Source: Octopus sinensis
Taxonomy: Eukaryota
DNA: 64,000 nucleotides
Assembly (NCBI RefSeq): GCF_006345805.1
Contig: NC_043013.1
Span: forward strand, 22,382,001 to 22,446,000
Reading direction: 5' to 3'
The notes beneath the pieces are model-generated. The model saw nothing but the letters and a program-made list of their open reading frames with translations, had not been told where the DNA came from and made no database searches. Below are positions 41,426 to 54,684 of the stretch, one piece after another. The position numbers were made by a program, and so were the translations under genes. The stretch's first letter is position 1. Every line of letters begins with the position of its first letter.

Positions 41426-41469
41426 TTTCAGTACCGGTTTCGGTCATTTTGAGATCTTTTCAACTGTAA
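41426..41469 (-). ncRNA. Hammerhead variant U3-A8 (left inverted arm of PLE)
   Basis: TTACAG-TTGAAAA-GATC TCAAAAT GACC-GAAACCGGT-A-CTGAAA; palindromic ACCGGT stem III; one stem II mismatch. Confidence 0.5.
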
Positions 41470-43752
41470 CGATTAAATAATTAAATTTAGAAAAATTAGA
41501 AGAAAAGTTTTTTTAAAAGAATATTTCTATAGTAGTGTTCAGATTTAAGTGGCATTCTGCCTTTCTCTGACTCCTTGTTTGCACTTGTGTGTTCGAGGTA
41601 GTTGTGAGTTCTTGGTAGGGTAGTAGAGGGAAGGCTGGTGAGGAAAGGGGGGGGAGAATCTGGGAGTGCCCTGATGGTCGTATTTTGAATGGTCAGTGGC
41701 GGCTGGCAGTCTCAGTTCAATTCAGGAGAATATTTATATTGACAGGCTTGTTTATAGAATTAGCGTAGGTGTTATACTAAAAACATTAGTGACAAACTAA
41801 GGGGTAGGGGGTGGAGAAGAAGAAGAAGAAGAAGAAGAAGAAGAAGAAGAAGAAGGAGAAGGAGAAGGAGAAGATGACGATGATGGTGATGGTGGCGATG
41901 ATTATGACGACGATGATGATGATAACGATGATGATGAAGAAGAAGAAGAAGAAGAAGAAGAAGAAGGAGGAGAAGGAGAAGATGGTGGTGATGATGGTGG
42001 CGATGATGATGATGCCGATGATGATGATAACGATGATGATGAAGAAGAAGAGGAAGAAGAAGAAGAAGAAATATAGCCAACAACAACTCCCCTTCCTCGA
42101 TATCCTCATTAAGAAAGCTAATAATATAATAGAAACAGACATATACTATAAGCCTACAGACTCTAAGCAATATCTTCCATTCAATTCATGCCACCCCAGA
42201 CACACCAGGATGAATATCCCCTTCAATCTAGCAAAAAGGATATGCACTATAGTCTCTAACGCAAACACCAGAGACACACGACTACAAGAACTAAAATACC
42301 CTAATCACCAGAAACTATCCACCTTCACTTATTGACAAATGCATTCAACGTGCCCTTCAACTTAACATCAAGGAACTGAGACATCCCAAATCAAAGAAAA
42401 ACTTACAACCAAAAGCCTTACCATACATCTCCACACACACAACCCTCTCAATAACGAAGCCTTCGACACCATCCTCCACAACATACCCCTCCTAAAAAAA
42501 GACCACAGAATGAACGCAATCCTCCAAACACACACGATCATAAAAAGCAAAAGACAGCCTAGATCCATGAAAAGTCTCCTTACACAAGCCCGAATTCACT
42601 CTTCAACACAGAAGCCGACAGTAAAAAATGTGGAAGACCCAATTGCGGGATATGCGACTATCTAATCGAGGGTTCTGAGTTCTCCTTCAAACAGGGACAA
42701 CGTTTTACAGTGAAAAGCAACTTCACATGTGCTTCGGAGAACCTAATATACTCACTAACCTGCTCCGGGTGTCAAGAGCAGTACATAGGCCAAACAAAAA
42801 AATGGTTTGCGTAAACGAATGGCCCTGCACAGATCCCAGATAAAATTCCCCAAAACAGAAAAATAGCTTTTAGCCAACACATAGATACTTGCGCCAACAA
42901 AAAAACACAACTTCAGAATTTTCCCCCTCTACCAATTTAGGGACGATACAACCTCGAGACAACGAATAAGTAAAGAAAATCTCTTTATTACAAAATACAA
43001 GCCACTTCTTAACGGGTCTACGACAAACAATTAATATACCTCAACTTTAGAATAAAAGAAAAAAATATATATACACACACAAATACTACACTCCATAGAA
43101 TCCATTACTAATCAGCCCCTTCATAGCTATATTTACACCCATTCATATTCTCCCTTCTCTGTTTTTTTCTTCTTCTTCTTCTTCCTCTTCTTCTTCATCA
43201 TCATCGTTATCATCATCATCGGCATCATCCATCATCGCCACCATCATCACCACCATCTTCTCCTTCTCCTCCTTCTTCTTCTTCTTCTTCTTCATCATCG
43301 TCGTATCATCATCATCGTCGTCATAATCATCACCCCCATCACCATCATCGTCATCTCTCCTTCTCCTTCTCCTTCTTCTCTTTTTCTTCTTCTCTTCTTC
43401 TTCCACCCCCCCCTACCCCTTAAGTTGTCACTAATGTTTTTTAGTATAACACCTACGCTAATTCTATAAACAAGCCTGTCAATATAAATATTCTCCTGAA
43501 TTGAACTGAGACTGCCAGCCGCCACTGACCATTCAAAATACGACCATCAGGGCACTCCCAGATTCTCCCACCCCCCTTTCCTCACCAGCCTTCCCTCTAC
43601 TACCCTACCAAGACTCACAACTACCTCGAACACACAAGTGCAAACAAGGGAGTCAGAGAAAGGCAGAATGCCACTTAAATCTGAACACTACTATAGAAAT
43701 ATTCTTTTAAAAAAACTTTTCTTCTAATTTTCTAAATTTAATTATTTAATCG

Positions 43753-43795
43753 TTACAGTTGAAAAGGTCTCAAAATGACCGAAACCGTACTGAAA
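43753..43795 (+). ncRNA. Hammerhead variant U3-A8 (PLE 3' end)
   Basis: TTACAG-TTGAAAA-GGTC TCAAAAT GACC-GAAACCGT-A-CTGAAA; lacks one G of stem III relative to the left copy. Confidence 0.5.
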
Positions 43796-43876
43796 TGTTC
43801 ACTATAAAATTATTTTAGCATTTTCTATTTTTTACTTGTTTTTTCATATATATCAACTCGTGTGTCCCTTTCACCC

Positions 43877-44014
<138 letters not shown>

Positions 44015-44686
44015 GAAATCTTGAATGTCTACAGTCAAATATTGAAAGACAGTTAGAAAGGAGTGGAGCTATTTATGCCAAGATTGAATTTCGGAACCAG
44101 ATACAGGAGTCTTTGTTTTACTTCAAACAGACATCAATAGGTTGTTATTCTAACATTTACATTGACTATCAACAAACTGTATATACATTCACCGTTATTT
44201 TATGACTATTTCCATTACATTTAATTAAGGTAGACCTATTTGATGTCATCTATTGACAGCACGAATATACCAGTACGTAAATATCGATAAGCAATCATTG
44301 AAAGAAACCAAATGGCTAAACTTGCCGGAGTATTTTGAACGGATTGATGATTTGTTTTTATGATTTCATGACGACTGCTAATATCGGTCAGGAAACTTCT
44401 TTATAAATATTGATGACTGTAACATTCTACTTACATTTGTATCAGTGGTAAAAAGATTAATCAATAAGCATTCAAGTTTTCAGGATCAGTTCATCATTAC
44501 GTGTCATTATATTGTATGATCGTTAATAAATAATTGGCAAAGGTTTAATAAAATCGAGTTTAACTCATTTCATGGCTTTATAGAGGACCCTACAGAAATA
44601 AATAGTACTGTCTTGTTTTATAGAGTGGGTCAAGGACGTCCACCTTACGAACAAATTCAGTAAGATTAATACATACATATACATTC

Positions 44687-44805
<119 letters not shown>

Positions 44806-44812
44806 TATATAT

Positions 44813-46140
<1,328 letters not shown>

Positions 46141-47333
46141 TAATAGTAGGGAATATAATTCCAAACTTACAGGGTAACATTCAATTCAGCAATTGCAAAT
46201 TAAATTTCACAATATATAATATATGTATATAATTAAGAGAAATAACCTCTATTAAGTAATTCAATAGTGAATGACATTATATATATATCATATAGAAAAA
46301 ATTTAAATATACTATGATAAATATTATTTTAAAAAATCCCTAAATTAAATAAACATTAAATTGACTAAGCGCGTTTCGTGATTATATCTTTAAATCGATA
46401 ATAATAAAATCGATACTATTAAAATTAATTCGATTTAAAACTATAGCCACTCTTCAGTTCTAAAATAATAATAAAATAAATATATGTATCTTAACATATA
46501 ATAATTAACAAATAAATATAGAAATATACGTATCTTAACAATAAATAATCGAATAAGATATAACAATATTAATGAAAAATAAAATCAAGGTGACACATTA
46601 ATATAATTATACCTAAAATCTATAAGAAGTTACGGTGATTTTAGCTATAATTCTGCTAATGTGTCCATCTGTTCTAATTTAATTAAATTCTATGTCTTTG
46701 TGCAGTTGAAGATTGCTCTACATTTTAAATTGATGTAATGATTGCATTGTTCAATTGAATGGTGTTGCATGAAACGATCGTACTGCATTACCTCTGAATA
46801 TCCTTGTTGCTTATTTTGATTTTAATCACCTTATTTTGAAATTGTATAGATAATACCGTACTAAATTCTGGTGCCTCAACTTAAGTACCATATTCATTTG
46901 AATCTAAATTTTTGCTGAACTGGTCTACCATACCTAAAGTATATATATACATATTATATATACAAAGAAAACAAGGACGGGTCATTCGAAGTTTTCTTTC
47001 CTCAGTCAAGCACCAAGTTATCTTCGCAATTTCGGCTGATAATACTTGAGATATATATTTCCTATTTTATTATGTCGGCTACATGATACCAACTTGCAAT
47101 AGCTGTGCCGATATAATGTAGGATTAATATAGTGATCCGTAGATGGAATTTAAAAATACTTAAATGCCGCGTAGCGATGCATTAAAATATTTATAAATTC
47201 CAGCCATGGATTACTATTATTGCGTGTGTGTGAGAGAGAGAGAGTGTGTGTGAGAGAGAGAGTGTGTGTGAGAGAGAGAGTGTGTGTGAGAGAGAGAGTG
47301 TGTGTGAGAGAGAGAGAGTGTGTGTGAGAGAGA

Positions 47334-47371
<38 letters not shown>

Positions 47372-47439
47372 GTGTGTGTGTGTGTGTGTACATACAGATA
47401 CATTATAAATTGTAAAGCATAACTGTCACCACTACTACA

Positions 47440-47484
47440 TGAACCTGAAGATTGCATAGTTTAATGCATGAAAGTACTAGTTCA
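47440..47484 (+). ncRNA. Minimal type I hammerhead motif (solo)
   Basis: TGAAC/GTTCA stem I, CTGAAGA, T-TGCAT agttta ATGCA-T stem II, GAAA, palindromic AGTACT stem III, triplet CUA. Confidence 0.65.
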
Positions 47485-49308
47485 ATCAGAATTGACATTT
47501 AATATTCTATCATATCATTATATTATATTATTATAAGATTGTAAATAAAACGCAGACAAACCCGAACCCTTTCCCAGAAGTGACAGAAAGGGGTACCTTG
47601 CTATATTGATGGTAGCAGAGGTTTTAACGATATTCAATCACGAAAACAGATTTTAAGATGAACTTTAGAAATTACTGTAATAGCAAGATTTTGTTTTCTG
47701 CAGGAGTTGGGTGTGATAAGGAGCTTGTTGATAAAGGTGATCTCAAGGAAAGGGGAAAAGTATGGAGGGGACATAAAGGTCTCCTTTGCTAGATAAATAT
47801 ATTCAGGGAAGGAGAAGAAGGAAAGTAACACCTCTGTTAACAATTAACGAGAGAAACATCCTCAATAGCAAATATTAATTGGTACATTCAAGCTGACTTG
47901 AATGTGTTGTTTATAATGCCTAAGACTGCGGTAAACGTCCCAAGAAATCATTTTGTGTAGATGACAAATGCTTCAAAGCACAGAAAATATCGGTCGATGG
48001 TATTTCGTCAGCACCGGCAGATGGCTCTATTGTATCACGTGATTTCACTGTTACAGATCGTCAGCGATAATCAACCAAACACTGAATGCCAGACCTAAAA
48101 TAAGCCAAACCTATCTAATTTGGCATTGGCTGAACAGCCAGTGACGTCGCAAAAAGCTGGCAGACCATGTATAAATTTGCTGTTAGCAACAGAAGCAGCT
48201 TTTGTAACGAACATTAATTAGTATATCCAACCTGATTTGGATGTGTTGTTTATAACGACTAGCACTGCGGTAAACGTCTTGTGCGTTCATCTAGTGTAGA
48301 CAACAGATAAAAGTTAACATCAATCAACGATATTTCGCCAGCACTGTATTGTGAATAACAAGGACAATTTCAGCAGGCATGTGCCGTCAGTAATTACTCA
48401 GGGTAGGCTGTTGGTGACCTTTATGTAGTAAAACACACAAAAAATAAGTGAAACACAGACGCGCGACTGAGTTGAAGGCAGATTTATTTCTGCCTTTATA
48501 GCACGTAAAGAAAACAGTGTTGTAGGAATGTACGCAGCATGTGTACTACAGCAGTTCTATGCGTAGCTTAATCACTGCGATTGAAAAGCAGGAGCGACTT
48601 ATGCCTACCTGGTCTACAAAAAAATAAAACATTTTCCATTTTATGCATAGTAATGAGAGTAACCTTCATAATTTTATTAAATTAGGTACATATTTTGCCA
48701 TAAAAGGAAAAAGTTGTTATCGATCTATTTTATTCAAATTAGGCACTGCCTACCTTGCCTACCTCGGCGGCAAGTCCCTGAATTTCAGTATGTGAAGTTG
48801 AAGGGAGTACCACATCATCCATTAATTGTTGCTTAATAAATCTAGAATGAATTCATTTCATGGTAGTCCCAGTTGATAAGAAGAGCCCAATGAGATTGCT
48901 ATATAAGCTTAAAAGGAAAGAAAATGTCACTGTGCTCATTGAGAGCGAGGTGGGGTGGATAAGAGACAAATATCTGCAAAAGCACCGAATGTTGAGGGAG
49001 CACTCCCGAGAGAAAATGGGACTTTTTTGCAGTTTGGCAAAACCTGAAACTCACAAACAATTTTGAAAGTTCTAATTTGCAGATTTATGGTTGGTGTAGA
49101 AGATGATTGAAATCCTGGAAGCACTCTGGTCCTTTCAAGGGGACTACTTCTCATCTTAGTATAGGTGGGTAGCAGGATTTTTCTTTTTTATTCAAATATG
49201 TTACCTGTTTTAATACAATACAATAAATCATGTTTTGTATCTTATATATTAGGGGCCCATGTGATTAATACAGAAACGATGATGATTATTATTATTATTA
49301 TTATATTA

Positions 49309-49353
<45 letters not shown>

Positions 49354-49378
49354 CATTATTATTATTATTATTATTATT

Positions 49379-49936
49379 GAGCGAGAGAGCAGTGCATGCC
49401 ATCAAAGTGACACTGCGGTAAAATATACGAAGCCCAGTATACCCATCATGACTACCCGTCTGATAAGGGTACACCAGGCACATGCATCACAACCATATGT
49501 GCGCGACATGGTGATCTCATATCAAGATAAACAGCACATGACCTTGCAAGTGGGGCCCAGTTAGAATTTTCTTCTGGTTGACTAACCCATCCCACTCAAA
49601 AGGTCCCTGAATAAGAGTTGTTTAAGGATGTTGAACGAAACACCCATGTTTCCAGAGGTGAATTATTCAAACCTCCAAGAATTCCTTTCAACATATGGCT
49701 ATGATGTTCCCCCACTACTTCTGCTCGTGATCAGAGATGCACATATTGTCAGCCACTAAGGGACATGCTCAACTGGTTATGGTCAAACAACTGACAAGCA
49801 AATCTGTGGTATTGAGCAGAATATTTGCTGTAGCCCATCTTTTATACCAAGACAAAACAATGTACATGATAACACTTTCCAATCAGTTAAGATCAGAAGC
49901 CATGAGAGCCACTGTCTGGTACTGCATCAGGGCATT
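49379..49936 (-). mobile_element. About 557-bp non-autonomous retroposon in (ATT)n, copy 1
   Basis: Near-identical to 49956-50512; both ends embedded in (ATT)n. Confidence 0.75.
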
Positions 49937-49955
49937 TATTATTATTATTATTATT

Positions 49956-50509
49956 GAGTGAGAGAGCAGTTCATGCCATCAAAGTGACACTGGGGTAAAA
50001 TATACGAAGCCCAATATACCCATCATGACTACCCGTCTGATAAAGGTACACCAGGCACATGCATCACAACCATATGTGCACGACATGGTAATCTCATATC
50101 AAGATAAACAGCACATGACCTTGCAAGTGGGGCCCAGTTACAATTTTCTTCAGGTTGAGTAGCCCATCCCGCTCAAACGGTCCCTGAATAAGGGTTGTTT
50201 AAGGATGTTGAAAGAACCACCCATGTTTCCAGAGGTGAACTATTCAAACCCCAAAGAATCCCTCTCGACACATGGCTATGATGCTCCCCCACTACTTCTG
50301 CTCGTGATCAGAGATGCACATATCGTCAGCCACTAAGGGACATGCTCAACTGGTTAAGGTCAAACAACTGACAAGCAAATCTGTGGTATTGAGCAGAATA
50401 TTTGCTGTAGCCCATCTTTTATACCAAGACAAAACAATGTACATGATAACACTTCCAATCAGTTAAGATCAGAAGCCATGAGAGCCACTGTCTGGTACTG
50501 CATCAGGGC

Positions 50510-50512
<3 letters not shown>
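49956..50512 (-). mobile_element. About 557-bp non-autonomous retroposon in (ATT)n, copy 2
   Basis: Tandem with copy 1, separated by about 19 nt of (ATT)n. Confidence 0.75.
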
Positions 50513-50552
<40 letters not shown>

Positions 50553-50568
50553 ATTATTATTATTATTA

Positions 50569-50628
<60 letters not shown>

Positions 50629-50733
50629 GCCACTATAGTGTGAAGTCACGGAGCATCAGGGCATTGGTACTGCATCAGGGCATTTATTATTATTATTATT
50701 ATTATTATTTATTATTATTATTATTATTATTAC

Positions 50734-50787
<54 letters not shown>

Positions 50788-51139
50788 TATTATTATTATT
50801 ACTATTATTATTATTATTATTATTATATTATTATTATTATTATTATATTATTATTATTATAGCCATATAGTATGAAGTCACGGAAATTTGGTGCTCCGTA
50901 AGTTGAAAAAGTATTTGTAATCTTTTCGACCTTCTAAGGCGCCGTCTTTTCATTTCTGTCGTTACCATTACATTTCGGAAATTGTCAGGATTGTGCAGAT
51001 CGTAATTTTGTGCAAAAACAATCCGTTTTGCAGAGGCTGCATATAAATAATTTTTGAATTTTACCTGCTTTCGACAAAAACAAATATTTCGCAATTTTCT
51101 TCAATTTTTTAATGATGTCTGATAAAGCAGCCATCATAA

Positions 51140-51438
51140 TCTTTATATATAAAAGTGAAGTTGTGTGAGTCTGTCTCCTACGATTTAGATTCCTAACTAC
51201 TCCCACATTTTGCGGTGCAGTTTAACCAAAAGCGGGTATCTTATAGTCGTCATTCATATCGAGCCCTTCTGGGTATTAGCGCGCGTCTATGATGAGTCTA
51301 CGATTTAAAAAAAAATTACCATAATTCTTTCCCATTTTTAATGCATTTTTTGCTATTATATAAGGGAAGTAACTATCTAAAAATGCTTATATAGTTATTT
51401 CCCTTACAAACCCGAGCAACGCCGGGCGATACTGCTAG
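51140..51438 (+). mobile_element. Helitron H1
   Basis: Same termini and body as 14272-14548. Confidence 0.85.
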
Positions 51439-51624
51439 TGTTCGATAAAGTAATGCGATCCTTGAGAAATTTTGAGAACGATGAAATAAATGAGAATATC
51501 AACATGGAATGGTCTAAACTTAATGACGTTACCGGGGCGAAAAATGTTTCGTCTCTAAGCAACGTCAAAACTTTCGGGTGACGACAAAGAGAACAACTGC
51601 AACAGCAGCAGCAGTGACAACAGC

Positions 51625-51667
<43 letters not shown>

Positions 51668-51768
51668 CAACAACAACAACAACAATAATAATGTAAACCC
51701 CAACACTTTATTCTGTCTTTGCCTTGTACCCTCATCCTTCGCCCTGGAGGCAAATAAAAGAAATCATT

Positions 51769-51803
<35 letters not shown>

Positions 51804-51961
51804 TATTATTATCATTATTATTATCATCATTTTATATAATATAAAATATAAAACAAAATGAATCACTATTATCATTATGATTAAATAATAAAGTAATTGT
51901 ACGTTAAAGTTTTCTACAATAAATGCTTGTAAGAAAGCAAAATGAATTTAGTGAAGATTAC

Positions 51962-52126
51962 CTTTGTGAAAATGATGGCCAGAATGGTGAAAATGTTTCC
52001 AAATGTACCAAGTACTATTGAGACAATAGTTATAACAATAACCGGAACAATTTTGGCACTATGGGCGAAAATATCATCAGGTGTTAGCCAGGTATTGTTG
52101 GTTTTCATCCAGTAAAGAAGATCCAT
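51962..52126 (-). CDS. Melatonin-receptor-like class A GPCR, coding exon 1 (N-terminus + TM1; 55 codons)
   Basis: ATG in good context (atcaacATGG); MDLLYWMKTNNTW...VLGTFGNIFTILAIIFTK with the TM1 GN motif and an N-glycosylation sequon (NNT); donor AAG|GTAATC at 51961, phase 0. Confidence 0.88.
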
Positions 52127-53299
52127 GTTGATTCAAAGTTGTTGTTTTTTTTTGTTTGTGGTTCTTATTATTGTTTGGTTTTTTTTCCTGTTTTTACTTG
52201 AATAGAAATAATTTTTAAAAATCAATGACAAGGCACAAACAGTGTAAACGATATTAATTATCTTTATTGTACAGGTAAGACAAAACAATTTAAGAGCAGG
52301 GGCGACATTGAAGGTGATGATGAAAAGGTTATAGTGAGACAGATACAGGTGTCTTGCTGAAGAGGAAGTACAAGGTTACCTGGCCGGAGAGAGAAAGATC
52401 AGGAAAGAAGATAGAAACAGGTGTGCTACCACAAAGAAAATACACAGTTGTCCAACCTGAGGGAAGTGCAGGAAAAGGAGAGAGTGTGGGAGGCTGCTGG
52501 GTAGAGATGGTGGCAAAATGCTGGGTATACTCACAAGGAACGGGGATCAGAATATAAATGAGATGGTATAAATTGGTAAAGGAAGAGAGAGATAAAGATG
52601 GTGGCAAGTGCTAGGGGGCATACTCTTGAGGTTCAAATCCTTAAAAGTGGCAGGATATTGCAAAGGGAGTGCGATTAAAGAGTGCGAGTAGGTGGCAAAA
52701 GACCTGGGTATATATAGAGTTGGAAGGGACTACTGGATAGCAATGATACAGGCGTGATACAAGATTGAGGCGTGAGAATTGCAACAAAGCTGCTGTGGCT
52801 CCAGGAAATAGCAACAATAGTCAGAACAACAAAAATAATAAGAAAGACAATAACAACGCCAAAAAGAACACTACAGTCTATAACAGTGCTACCACCAACA
52901 CCACCATCATCACCACCACCACCACCACCACTGGCAATAACAATAAAAGCAAATAATATTAATAATAATAATGATAATATGCCCTGGGTATGGCATGAAA
53001 CTTCATCTGGTTGTGACATTTTGATGTGGGAAGAATGACCCTTAACCACAACTACCTTCAGGTCACTGTTGGACAAGGTGTAGTACCCATAAGCCCACCC
53101 CAATAAGACCTTGAAATACCAGACTGGTAACCGGTGGGATTCAGTCTGTCACATGGGAGTGCCCCCTTAGCCATGGGCGACAATTCCTCAAGGAATGGTG
53201 TCTCAATAAAACCACAAGTGGTTGTGTCACCTCATCACCAGGATCCTCATGATTGAGAATGTCAAATACAAATGTATTGAACAATGGTATGAATGAAGC

Positions 53300-54617
53300 T
53301 GGAACTGGAAATGGTGTCTATGAGGATAGATGAGGACTCTCTGAGACATGGTCAGCATCTTACCTGGTGTTGGCACCACATTAAAAACACTGGTCATTAC
53401 ACAATCTCACATATGCTGCCTCTGAATCAAATGATAATCACAACTGTGCTAACGGGACAGAAACTGATAAGTGAGAAGGTGTTGTGCCTGGGAGGCAAGG
53501 ACTGTCGGATCAAGCCCCAGCAGGTCATCGTCAAGCCATTGATCAGAATCAGAATCAAAGTCAAAAGTAAAAAAAGGATAAAAATGAAATGGGGGAAAAG
53601 AAGTGAACAAAATTGTAATTGAATGCTGGCTGAGAAGTGGGCCGAATAAAAAGGGGGCTTCATGAAACGAATGAAGAGGATATGGAGTGAAAAAAGGGGT
53701 CTTTGAAGCTTCCACCCGACGATTGATAGACAGGCAAGGAAAATTCATGTGAATGACTGAATTACAGGATTAAAGGTTGACAAAATTTAAAGAATAAAAA
53801 AAGGGCAGGAAGAGAGTGATATAACAGAAGCAGAAACGAAGGAATAAAAGTTGAAAAATGTGAAGAAAAAACAAGGAAACCACTATAAGCCTGAGAATGC
53901 TGACGACATCTTGCAAGTGTGCCAAGACAAAAGGACGTCGGAATTGATCAGTGAGGCTGAAGTTACAAAAAAGAAATAGCAAATTGGAAAGGACTTGGCC
54001 CAGATGGAGCACAAGGCTGTTGGATGAAGAAATTTACACTGTTGCATGAAAGGATCACTGCACAACTGAATGAATGTCTGCAGTAAGGGCACATCCCTAG
54101 ATAGAGGACAAGTAGATGAATGTTGTTACGCCTCAAAGACACCTTGAAAGGTAGATTGATATCAAATGTTTGACCTATGACCTGTTTACAGCTTCTATGA
54201 AAGCTTATGACCGTTGTCTTGGCAGAAGAGTTATACCACCATCTGGAAAGTAACAATCTACTTCCATGGGAACAGAAAGGATGCAAGAAACAAAGTAGGA
54301 CAACAAAATCCATTAATCTCTTATGATAAAAGGCAGATTTTCTCTGCCTGTTCCCATGTTTCTTTTTAATACAATTCTACAATATAGAATTTCTTCAATT
54401 GGAATTTACCTATGATTTTTCCAAGTAGATTCGATTGGGTCATGGCATATCAAGTTTTTCTCAATTTGACCCCCAATTAAGCAAAACTTCGAGAAAACTC
54501 AATATTTTACGATTTGCCTCTCACATTTCAAGTGGTTTACTCCTGCTATTACCACCACACTTTCTCCTACTTTCTCTTTGCAAGTGTGAAACTATTAAAG
54601 TGAAAGTATTCCCTTAT

Positions 54618-54684
<67 letters not shown>

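Larger units (their letters stand above)
41375..43846 (+). mobile_element. Penelope-like element remnant (RT C-terminus + GIY-YIG) with about 690-bp inverted arms
   Basis: Core 42070-43030: LPFLDILIKK..TDIYYKPTDSKQYLPFNSCHP, then CGRPNCGIC and NLIYSLTCSGCQEQYIGQT with frameshifts; 41375-42070 is the reverse complement of 43167-43846; both ends abut TA repeats. Confidence 0.85.

Noticed and set aside
48400-48780. CAGGG..CCCTG hAT-like ends
   Set aside because: TIRs match for only about 5 bp and there is no TSD.
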